DNA from: Camelus dromedarius
Taxonomy: Eukaryota
DNA length: 64,000 bases
NCBI RefSeq assembly: GCF_036321535.1
Contig: NC_087462.1
Location: 310,001-374,000 of the forward strand
Reading direction: 5' to 3'
Both the position numbers and the translations under genes were made by a program. This document shows, in pieces, positions 1 to 15,406 of the stretch. Under the pieces are notes generated by a model, which was given only the letters and a program-made list of their open reading frames with translations, made no database searches and was not told the DNA's origin. Position 1 is the first letter of the stretch. Each line of letters starts with the position of its first letter.

Positions 1-560
1 CGGCCCCTGGCCGCCGGCTCCGCTGCGCCACCAGGACAGGCCCGCTTCCGGGCCCTCGGCGGAGACCTCGGTTTCCCCGTCAGGCCGAGGCAGAGGGCCC
101 CGCCCGCCTGGCCTGGGCCTCACCGGCAGGCGCGGCACGATCTCGAACGAGCAGCAGTGGCAGAAATACCGTCTGCAATGAGACCACGCCTCGGCCATGG
201 CCACCACCGCCTCCTCCGCGTCCTCGGCCGTTTGCTGCTCCCTCGCCGGCCGACGCGCCCGCGCCCGCTCACGCACGGCACGCACGGCGTGAGGCGAGGC
301 GGGGCAGCGGAAGAGGGGCTGGCGGCGCGCACGGCAGGCTACGGCCCGGGCGACGGTGGCTGCCGAGGGACAGACTACATACGGCGCCGGGCAGGGGAGG
401 GGCCAGGCTGCGGGGGAGACCGAGGGGCGGGGCCGAGTCTCCTTGGCAACCTGGACCGTGGTGCAAGGGTGGGGCTGGGGGCGGGGCCAGGCCCGGAGGC
501 TGCAGGGAAGTTCGGGGGCAGGGCCTGAGCGGGGCGGGGCCGAGCCCCTCATCTTATATA
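1..560. promoter_or_regulatory. CpG island / RNF126 promoter
   Basis: Very high GC and CpG density around exon 1, with GGGGCGGGGC boxes at about 425-540. Confidence 0.8.
124..198 (-). CDS. RNF126: RING finger protein 126 (E3 ligase), coding exon 1; the rest of the gene lies left of the window
   Basis: ATG at 198-196 translates [25 protein letters not shown], then donor GTGAG at 123. The RYFCHCC..EIVPRLP motif and 75-nt exon match RNF126; synteny with FSTL3 agrees. Confidence 0.92.
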
Positions 561-2664
561 CAAACCTGCGGAGGCTCCCGCTTCTTTTATTATTGCTTCT
601 TCGTCAAGTCCCACGGTCCTTTCACCTATCTGTCCTCACTGCTCCTTGGACACTCCAGCGCGCTCTCACCTCCGGGCCTTTGCACTGCCTGTGCCGCTGC
701 CTGGTGTACCGTTCCTCAGACACCCGAATGGCTTTCTTCCCCATGCCTTTCAAGTCTTTGCACTAATGTCTCATCTACTGAGACGCCCTCTTCAATAACA
801 TTTATTTCCACCTGACAAACTGTAGCGTCAGCTCCACAACAGAAGGGATTTTTGTATCCTGCTCTCAGCTGGACTCAGAGCCTGGCACGCAGGCATTCCA
901 TAAACATTCGTTGAACGCACGCAGACGGAAGACCCATTCCTGGACCAAGGAGGCCTGCCCTCCCATGCCTCAGTGTGACGCATGGGCTAAGAGAGTCTGA
1001 GGCCTGCCAGGTGTAGCCTTGTTTCTGTGATGTTCTGGGGTGAGGAGAGGGCAGATAAAGCTAAATCCCACCCCCCCCCAAATTAATCAGCAGGCCAGGA
1101 TCATTTCTGAAGTTAGTTCCAGGCCAATCATGCATTTATTTCTTTATCCACTCAACAAATACTTATTGAGCACCTGTTGTATGATAGACCCTTTGCTGAG
1201 TGCAAGGACACAGCAGGGGAAATGACAGACACAAAGGCAATGAAAATGGTTTTCTGAAATACTCCATGGCTGGAGGAGACCAGCTCCATGAGGTTGAGTC
1301 AGTGGATAAGCCCTGAGGATGGCCCTGGCTCTGCCTGGGGAGATAGACAGGGCTTCCTAGGGGAGGGGAAATTGGAGACAGGGCTTTAAGGACTGAATAG
1401 GACTTGGTTGGATATGAAGGGAGCATTGGAGCCAGGATGCCAAGGAATTAAAAATTGGAGCCTGTGTATACAGGATCTTGAATATCAGGAGGCTAGGAAC
1501 AGGGACTTGTCTGCCAATCACCATCTTGTCCCTTCAAGTCTTGAGGTAATTCCAGGCCTTTCCTGCTCTGACCACCAGAGAACACCCCAGCCCCATTTCT
1601 GGGAATCCAGGCAAGCCCAGGTCCAGGGAGGGGCTGTTTGCCTCAGGTCTCTCTTGAGCTCAGCCCCTGGCCTGTTTCACACCAGCATTCACTCATTTAT
1701 TCTGCATAAGTGTATGAGGTACCGCCCAAGAGGCCTTGGAGCCAGAAGGCGCAGGTGACACTGGCTGTGTGACCCTTGGCAACTTACTTAACCTCTCTGG
1801 GTGGGTGGCAGAAACTGTCTCCCAGAGTTTTGAGATTGGATTAGACGTAGGGCACCCATGGGTACCCAAAGCACCTCCTCGGTCCTCAGTGGGCCCTGCT
1901 GCCCATCCTGAGTTCATCTGCCCCTTTCCCACCCTCCCCAGGCAAGCCTCAAGCCTCAGTGGCCCCCATGGGTGGATCCCATCTCAGGGCCTTTGCCTGC
2001 CTGGTCCTACCCTGTGCTGGGAGTACCATTCCTACTGTCCTTTCTCTTTCCCTGGTTCTCAGGGGGCTGCCCTTCCTGGGGGAGCCCCCATCCCCGACTG
2101 CACCCAAATGCCCAGGGCCCTCTACCCTTCCTTCCCCCACAGCCATCCCCAGATCCACATGTTATCAGTGGGATCTCCCAATATGTGAAGCCAATACCCA
2201 GCACCTAGTAGGACCCTTTACTCCCACTGCCACCACGCTGAACCAGAGGGCTCATGGGCAGAGGGGAAGCTGTTTCTGACACCCCACACCCATCTGAGTG
2301 TCCACCTGGAGCCCACCTCAGTTTCTTGGGCTGCCACAGGGCAGGAGACAACTCTATCCTCCAAGCAGAGTGGGCAAGAGACTGAGAAGCACTGAGCAGG
2401 AAGGACACTGCCTCACTGGGCAATATTCCGACAGGTGTCAATACAGTGCCAGCTGCTTACACATTTTTTGGTTTCCTTTTTAATCTTTCATTTCAGGATT
2501 TTGACGTATGTCCTTTTTTCTTTTTATTTATATTTGTTGGTTTATGTTTTTGATTTCTAGTTTCTCATTTGCATTTTTTTTGTTGTTTTTGATTTTTTAT
2601 TGATACTTTTTGACTGGTGTTTTTTTCCTTTATTTTTCCCATTTTGATTCATATATTTTGGTTT

Positions 2665-2807
2665 TTGTTTGTTTGGTTGGTTGGTTGTTTTTTGGCAGGG
2701 GGTAATTAGGTTTATTTATTTATTTTTAGAGGAGGTAGTGGGGATTGCACCCAGGACCTTGTGCATTGTAAGCATGCACTCTACCACTTGAGCTATACCC
2801 TCCCCCC
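2665..2807 (-). mobile_element. tRNA-Ala-derived SINE, camelid (Vic-1-like)
   Basis: Reverse complement reads GGGGAGGGTATAGCTCAAGTGGTAGAGTGCATGCTTACAATGCAC..TAAATAAACCTAATTACC. Perfect 19-bp TSD GATTCATATATTTTGGTTT at 2646-2664 and 2808-2826. Confidence 0.9.
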
Positions 2808-3989
2808 GATTCATATATTTTGGTTTGTGGAATTGGTTTGGTTTTTAAACTTTGTTGTTGATGTTTGTTGGTTTGGAAGTAAAAACACACACAGTCACTC
2901 CTGAGAGTTCTGTTCAAGTGGCCTGTTCTTTTATGTTCTGGGACTCCTGAGTCACCCACACCCAGACCAAGACCCAGGACACTGCAGCCCCATAATCTCC
3001 AATGTCCCCCAAGCCATTCCCCCAGAGGGGGCAGTCACGATCCCATTAGAGCAAACTTCCTTCATTTCTACCTGCTCAAGGAATCTGTCAGGAATAAGAT
3101 GTCAGGACGAGGACCCCAGAAGCCGGTAGGGGAGTCGGACACCTCCACCCTCTCTCCCCTGATTGATGCCTTTTCAGTGCTGCTAACTTCATCTTAAACA
3201 GTTTCTAAATTTCAAGAATACAAAAGGGCTCCATGTGTCCTTGACCCAGATGCACCAGTGGTTAAAGTTTTTTGCTCTCTGTGTGTGTCTGTGTGGAGTT
3301 TCTGGCAGAGTTTCTGCCCCCGCACCCCTTTATCCCAAACACACCCACGTGTATTTCCAAAGCCAGGCCACTCCCTTTCCTGAACCAGCAGCAGGTTTAC
3401 CAAATCAAGTAATCAGCACGGGGGGACACAATGCCACATACCGGTCCACATTCATCTCTCATCCCCGTGGTGGCGTCTTGGTAGAGGCCCTCCACCTGGG
3501 ACATGCCTCCCGGTGACCTTGACACAGGGATGGGCTGGGAGAAGGTCCGTGGATTCCTTCTGCCTCCTCTTTCCATTCACAATCCTATCCCCAGCCCTGG
3601 AGACTTGAGTAGGCACAGAAGATGTGCTGCGAAGATAAATGAACTGAGCAAAGAATGAATATGGGTCAGAACAGCCCTCGCCCACCAGCCGCAGGCCCGC
3701 CCTGTGTGTCATGGATGGGGGGGGGGGAAGAGGGGTCCGGTGGCCGCTGGTTCTCACATCCAAGGGGAGACCTGCCCTCTTGGGGCCTCGCAGTGCTGAA
3801 CGGAGGCTGCCACGCGTCACCAGACACATTCACTTGCCCAGCCACCCCTGGTGGAAATGATCACGATTCTCTCCATTTCACAGACGGGGAAACTGAGGCC
3901 CAGGGAAGTGGCACAAGGTGGTGGCAGCTTTGAGGGCTTGACCAGGGCTGCACCCCCACCCCCGGGAAAAGGGGTGGGATCTCTCCACC

Positions 3990-4290
3990 TCTCCTCCTGG
4001 CGGGGACGGAGACCGCCAATTACTCCATCACGGGTTCTGATGCAGCATCGACTGTATGCCAGGGGCAAGGACACAGCCAGGCAGGACGCGGCCACAAATG
4101 TCTGCAAAGCCCGCCAGGCACTCGACAGCATCGAGTACTGTGATCTGCCGACTAAAGGCCCCCAAACACGTTTGATTTTGGCCCAGATCATCTGAAAGGT
4201 ACGGTAATAAATGCGCTGTTCTAGCCGCTAAATTTGTGGCAGTTTGTTAGAGCAGCTAACGGCAGACCGATACACCGAGTTATCCTGGGT
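3990..4290 (+). mobile_element. MaLR (MLT1-type) LTR remnant, CpG-retaining
   Basis: The 3' end TTGATTTTGG..AATAAATG..GCCGCTAAATTTGTGGCAGTTTGTTAGAGCAGC resembles MLT1 LTR ends. Boundaries approximate. Confidence 0.6.
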
Positions 4291-4699
4291 CACCTGCAGA
4301 CAGTCCGCCTCCGCATTTGTGACTTTCCTCCAAGCCCCACCTCCTCAGAGTACCCCTCCTGTCATTGGCCGGAGCTGGATCACATGCTCATGCCTGACGT
4401 CACTTCGGCTCTGTTCCGCCAATCAGGATTCACCTCTGGACTGAGGGCGGGGCCCAGAGCCTTCCCAGAGCCTGGAGAGTTTTAGGTACGAGTCCAAGGA
4501 CTGTAGGTAGTAAGTTGACACGGAGTCTGTCACAAGCATCCTTCTGGCTTGAGGAATGTGGGGTCAGGTGAGCCTGAGCATTCTGGACCGGGTCATGACC
4601 CGTATCCTGGGGGCAGTGCTTGGCATATATCACGGTGTGCATGATTCCTGCAGCCCCTGCAGCACCCCTGCTCTGGGTCCTAAAGTCTTTGCTTGAATA

Positions 4700-5100
4700 A
4701 AATGTAAACAGAGTTATTGTAAGCTGGTTTTGTCCACTGCAAGTGACAGAAATGCCACTTAAACCAGCTTTATCTTATTGAGAAGGAGGAGTTCAGGCAG
4801 CACAGGGAATTGCTGCTGCCTCTCTTGGCTCAGTGTCCCACTGGGCTGGCCCCTCCCCGGCCATTGGCAGGAGCCACCTGCAGCTCCAGACTCACACCCC
4901 TTCAGCTCAAGCAGGAAGTGGATGTCCCTTTCCCAGCAAAAGTCTCAGAGCTGACTCTTCCTGGTGTGCTGAATGTCAGATGATTCTGACTGGCTGGGCC
5001 TGTGTAGGCTCCTGCTCTGGGGGACATTTGAGCTGGGAGTGCAGGAGGCAATTCCCCAAAGGAAAATTTGGTGCTGGGACCAGGAAGGGTGCTGCCAGCC
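4700..5100 (+). mobile_element. Old MLT1 (J/K-like) LTR remnant
   Basis: TGCAAGTGACAGAAATGCCACTTAAACCAGCTT start and TTCCCCAAAGGAAAATT end are typical of this family. Approximate. Confidence 0.5.
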
Positions 5101-5679
5101 ACAACCTGAGGGCTCCCTCTGATTGTCCCATTCAGAGAGGGGGCATCCCTGCCCCAGGGTTCAGCACATGGGTCCTGGAATCTTGTTTACCTGGTGTGGA
5201 CTCCATTCCCGACCCTGTGGGGCTTTGCGACCCTCAGAAAGCCATTTTCGTCCCCTCAGCCTCAGCTGCCCCCTCAGTAAAGTGGATGCCTGCTCACAGC
5301 ATCGTGGTGTGGTGAGTGGCAAATTACCTACCCATTCCTTCATTAATAAGACTCTCTGCACCCATGTCAGGCCCCCCTGTGCACCAGGCACTGTCACTAG
5401 CATCCTGACTGCAATCGGCATGTCTGGGAACTGTGCCCATTTTACAGACGAGAGAGTGGAGGCACAGAAAGGTCACATGTGACACGGCTGAGCTGGCACC
5501 GCCTGGACTGGGCCTCCCCTAGATGCTTCCTTCTCCCTCCAGGCCTCCGAGGCCCCGCAACCTTCCTGCTCCCAGGGTCTCTGTCCTGCCACTGTCTTCA
5601 TATTTGTGTTCACTCCCCTGTTTGTCTGCAGCCAGGCAGGGACCACAGCACTACGACACTGAACCCCGCGCACAGAGCC

Positions 5680-6150
5680 CCTTTGTACCTGCTGCTGTAA
5701 CAGATCAACACCAATTTGGTGGCTTAAAACAACACACATTTTTCTCTTCCAGTTTTGGGGGTCAGGAGTCCAACGTGGGTCTCCCTGAACTAAAATCAAG
5801 GTATNNNNNNNNNNNNNNNNNNNNNNNNNNNNNNNNNNNNNNNNNNNNNNNNNNNNNNNNNNNNNNNNNNNNNNNNNNNNNNNNNNNNNNNNNNNNNNNN
5901 NNNNNNNNNNNNNNNNNNNNNNNNNNNNNNNNNNNNNAGTCCTCCTGTTACATCTCGCCGACCATAGAGGGAAAGGTTTCCACTTTCAAGGATCCTGTGA
6001 TGACACTGGGCCCACCCAGGGAACCCATGATCCTTTTCCCACCCAAATGTCCTCAGCGTAATCTTAGCTGCCAAGTCCTTCTGCCTTGAACGGTAGTGAC
6101 ATATTCACAGGGTCCCGGGACTAGGACACAAACGTCTCAGGGGGTCTGTA
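5680..6150 (+). mobile_element. MLT1-type LTR interrupted by an assembly gap
   Basis: GCTGCTGTAACAGATCAACACCAATTTGGTGGCTTAAAACAACAC start; GACATATTCACAGGGTCCCGGGACTAGGACAC near the end. Confidence 0.7.
5805..5937. other. Assembly gap (133 N)
   Basis: Run of N characters. Confidence 1.
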
Positions 6151-6254
6151 TTCAGGCTTTCTCTTACTTGTGGCACAAATAGCCCATTACTTCCTTTCCC
6201 ATGTCCCCTCCCCACACAGTTCAGTCTACGTCAATCTAAATGTCCTCTTCTGAG

Positions 6255-6427
6255 GGCGGAGGGTATAGCTCAGTGGCAGAGCACATGCCTAGCATGCACA
6301 AGGTCTTGGGTTCAATCCTTAGTACCTCCATTAAAAATAAATAAATAGAAACCTAATTACCTCCTCCCTTCCCCCCCCAAATTAATAAATATATAAAATT
6401 TTTAAAAAACCAAACTTTAAAAAAAAG
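6255..6427 (+). mobile_element. tRNA-Ala-derived SINE, camelid (Vic-1-like)
   Basis: GGCGGAGGGTATAGCTCAGTGGCAGAGCACATGCCTAGCATGCAC..AAATAAATAGAAACCTAATTACC plus A-rich tail. TSD GTCCT(C/T)TTCTGAG at 6242-6254 and 6428-6440 (1 mismatch). Confidence 0.9.
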
Positions 6428-8402
6428 TCCTTTTCTGAGAAGTCTGCCTTGATCTTCCCAGGCTGGGTCAGGTCCAGCATCCTCCATCACAGCTCTGATT
6501 ACTTTGGACTGTCACTGTCTATCCACCAGGGTGGTGAACAGGGGCCACAGGGAGTCGTGGTGGGGGTCTGAGCTACAGAGGAGCCTTACAGCAGGCACCT
6601 GGGGTGGGAATCGGGTTGCAAGGCTGGGTCAGGATGAAATGGGGAAAACAAATGGGAGATATTAACAAGAGGACCCCCCAAGAGGGCCAGCGACTTGCTG
6701 AGGTCACCCAGTGCACAGCCTCTGGGTTGGGGGGACATATCAGGAAGGGGAGCAGGAGTCTGCTGGCTGCTGGCCACCGTTTCGAACCCACACCAGGCTG
6801 ACAATGGCCCTTTTATTTGCACAGCCCAGGACGGGGTGGCCGAGCCATGGTGTAGTCAGGTCCTGGCCAAGGTCAAGCTGTCCAGCCCCAGCACACCCTT
6901 GGTGAGAACACAGGGTCTCATTCCTGCTTCATTTCCCAACCAGGGGAGAATCCCCTTGGACTGTCAGAGGCCAAGGCCAGGTCAAGACAGTTGGGAGCCC
7001 TTCCTCAGCGTGGCTAGGAAGTAATGTGGCCCTTGGCCACAGGACTGGGGGACACGGGCCAGGCTGGGCAGCTAAGGTAGAGGAACGGGTCTGGCCGTGG
7101 TGTCTGCCAACAGCAGAGGGTAGGCTGTGCCTTCAGCGACCCTCTGTTTCTACACTTGGGGAGGGGGCAGAGGCAGGAATGGGCAGATGATGAGGCATCA
7201 GTGGCCCTGGGAGATAACCAATTGCTCTCAATCATTTTTATTTTCCTAAAAGCATTTACCACTCTTTGAAGTTATATATTAATTTGTTTGTCTATGTATT
7301 TTGCTGTCTATGGCCTCTTCAAACCATGGGCTCAGTGAGGACAAGACTGGATCTGCCTTGGTCAATCTGATACCCCAGCAGCCCCCAACAGTCCCTGTCA
7401 CCAGGAGATGGTCATTAATTATTTCTTAGAAACACAAACATGGAGGGGCTGCCCAGGAGCCATGAGTAGGTTGAGATGCTCTCACGGTTTGGGAGGCCCC
7501 CAAGATGGAAGGGATCACTCCAAAATAGGAAAAGCATCCTGCTGCACTGAGGCCCCAGTGGACTCCATGCTCCCCAGGCCCATCCCGATGTCACCATCGT
7601 AAATTGTGGGAAACCCAGGATTCCAGGGTGGCTGAGAACAGGGAGCACTGAACCTTCGAGAAGAGGAGCCAGGAGGCTCTTGTTGATGTGGCCTGGGGAG
7701 TTTGGTACAGTCTCCGGGGTGTGAGGGGCAGAGGCCAGGCACACGCTGGGCACTTTGGAAGTCTGGTGGTGTGATCACTGCCGTCTGAAATGTTGTGGGG
7801 ACCACTTGCGTCTCTGGGGCTCTCTGCCACGCGCCTCCGCTGCTGTCTGCCCTGCAGCATCTCCCCCTCAACCTGTTCACACCCAGCTGTGCCCGCAGGC
7901 TCCAGAGGCCAGGTGGCCAGCTGGGTGGCCTGAGCAGGGAACAGCTGGGCCTGAGGTCCCCGAGTGTGTGGGTGTGTAGGGACGGGGAGGACGGGCCAGG
8001 AGCCCAGACCACAGTTGGGTCACACAAATGACCACATGTAAACCACGACGTGGTGTACAGGCTTGCAGACGTGCTCCCCGTGGTCACCAGTTTGCTCAGC
8101 CCTACAGCAGAAGTCCCCTCAAACGCAGGGCGACACCTCGAACTCACACCCCCAGGGCCGGCTCCGAGGTCTGACCCCCCGCCCTACACCAGCTGGCGCC
8201 CACATCGCGCGCGACACTGCCCCGGGCCCAGCCGTTCACGCGCCCCGCCCCGGCCCGCCGGCCCCGCCCCGCCCGCAGCCAGCGGGACCTTTATAGGGAG
8301 TGCCGGCCGCGCGCTGGAAGTCGGTGCCGCCGCCCTCCCTGCCGCCCGCCCGCCGCCCGTCACCCGTCACCCGCCGCCCGCAAGTCAAACGCGGGGGCCG
8401 CT

Positions 8403-8438
<36 letters not shown>

Positions 8439-8459
8439 GCCTCCGCGTCTGCGTTCGCC

Positions 8460-13519
<5,060 letters not shown>

Positions 13520-14676
13520 GCCCGTGGGGCCGGCCTGGGCCTGGCGTTCAAGGCCTTCCCGTTTTATTTATTGCCACAGCAGAGTCTAATTTATGTCCCA
13601 CGGACACTTCCCAGAGCCTGGACCGCGACCATTTCGGGAGCCCTAGTGCCCGCCCTCCCCACTTGACGACACTTGGAAGAATTGAGGGAAAGAGGCCTGG
13701 GAGCAGGGCTGGTGGGAGGGGCCTCACCCCAGGCCCCCGGATACCACGCTTCTACTCCCTTGGGGGTAACTCTGTTAATTATCACTGCCACCAAGAGGGC
13801 TGGGGATTCCCTGCCAGCAGTTAATGAAGCAGCACCCTGGCCTTCTAGAACAGGGACCAGGGGATGAGGAGGTGATTCGCAGCCTGGGTGTGTGTAGCTG
13901 AGCATGCCCAGATACCCCAGACAGGCCAAGGAAGCAACCACTGTCCCCCACCAGCCCAAGGGTACCCAAGGAGCTTACCTTCCCCCTGCCTCCAATTCCC
14001 CCATATGTCCTGTGAAGTCCCCTGAGAGAAATCTAGCTTGATCCCAGGGCCAGGGGCACTGTCTGCCTCCTGACACAGGCCTTGGTCGTGAAGCAGCCAG
14101 CATCCGCCCAGAGCAGGGCACCATGTCCAGCGGTGCCCAGTTCTCTTGGCGTGGGACCTGGTGGGGCCTACAAGCCCCTGCTCACCCACTGGCCCAGGGT
14201 AGGGTGTAGATAACAAGATCTACCGCACACCCGGCACCCCGGAGCAGTGTGTCCAAGGGGCATCCCCAGTGCCCGCTGCCCTGTCCACAGATGAGGTCCA
14301 GACCTAGGACCCCTCAGTCCCTCGTGTCCTGCCCTGGCCCGGCCTCTAGGCCCAGTTCCCAGGACCCTCCCTGCCTGCCAGCTGGATGCTGGCCTTGGGC
14401 CGATTTACTCCATCCAGTTCGCTCCATCCGATAACCTGGGCTCTTGCTGCATCCCCTGCCTGTGCCTGTGTGTAGACTAGGTGCTCAGACAGGAGGGGGG
14501 TGCCAAGCTCCTCAAGTTTGGAGCGAGGGCAGGGGGGCAGCGGTGCTCATCCTCCCAGCTTCCAGGAAGTGCCTTACCTGTGACACCCAGAAAAGTGCCC
14601 TTGAGTAGCGGGTTCACCCGAGCCGCCCAACAAGGCAACCTCCCCTGCCCTGGGGTCCTGCCTCGCCTGCCAAAGA

Positions 14677-14682
14677 AATAAA
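14677..14682 (+). terminator. FSTL3 polyadenylation signal
   Basis: AATAAA about 1.16 kb after the stop, with GT-rich sequence downstream. Confidence 0.7.
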
Positions 14683-15179
14683 CACTGAAAAAGTCACTTT
14701 GGGTGTCCAGGCCTTGGTTTGCCCCTCTCTCTGAGCCTCTGTGTGCCCCACTTTGGTAGGGGGTTACCAGCCAGGGGCCTGGGGCGCCATTAGGGTGTTG
14801 CATGGGGTTTCTGGAAACATCCAGAGGAGTGACATGGGCATATGTCCTTGGACAGCTGCAACCGGTCCCTGGGCCTCAGTGCCTGCCCTCAGGCAGTGGG
14901 CAGAGCTGGGGGAGGGGGAGACAAGTAGTGGAGAGGGTCTTCACCTCATGGGGCCGGGGAGGGAAAGGGTGGTCAAGATGACTGAGGGCAGCCCAGGAAG
15001 CCACCTGGCTTAGGGTCCAGAAACAGAGGCATGGGAGGATGGAGGGGCCCCAGGTCCTGTGACTCAAGGTCCCTCAGGGAGGGAGTGGCAGAATGGCCAC
15101 ATGGAGGCCAAGGAGAGGCTTGGAGGAATATGGGTGGGCCCTGGAGGAAGACCATGACGTCTGGTTAGTTAGTTAACAT

Positions 15180-15185
15180 TTTATT
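15180..15185 (-). terminator. PRSS57 polyadenylation signal
   Basis: TTTATT on + (AATAAA on -), about 220 nt after the PRSS57 stop. Confidence 0.75.
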
Positions 15186-15406
15186 TGGTTATCTTGCCCT
15201 TTTTGTTTGGAACTAATGCCCCCCAAACTCGCCCCCCCACCACCAGGCTTCTCAGGGTTTGCGGACCCCATGGACCCTCTGCCCCAGCCATGGAATTTTC
15301 CAGGCCAGAGCTATTTGCATCATTAGCCCTCTCATTTGTGTACTCAGTGCTGCTGTGGTTCAGGCCACTCCTGCAGGGAGCCAGGTGGTCCTGGGTCGGG
15401 GCTGGG

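Noticed and set aside
6255-6330. tRNA-Ala gene (also 2735-2807 and 59055-59138)
   Set aside because: The tRNA-like head is followed by a SINE tail, with TSDs in two of the three copies; these are SINEs.
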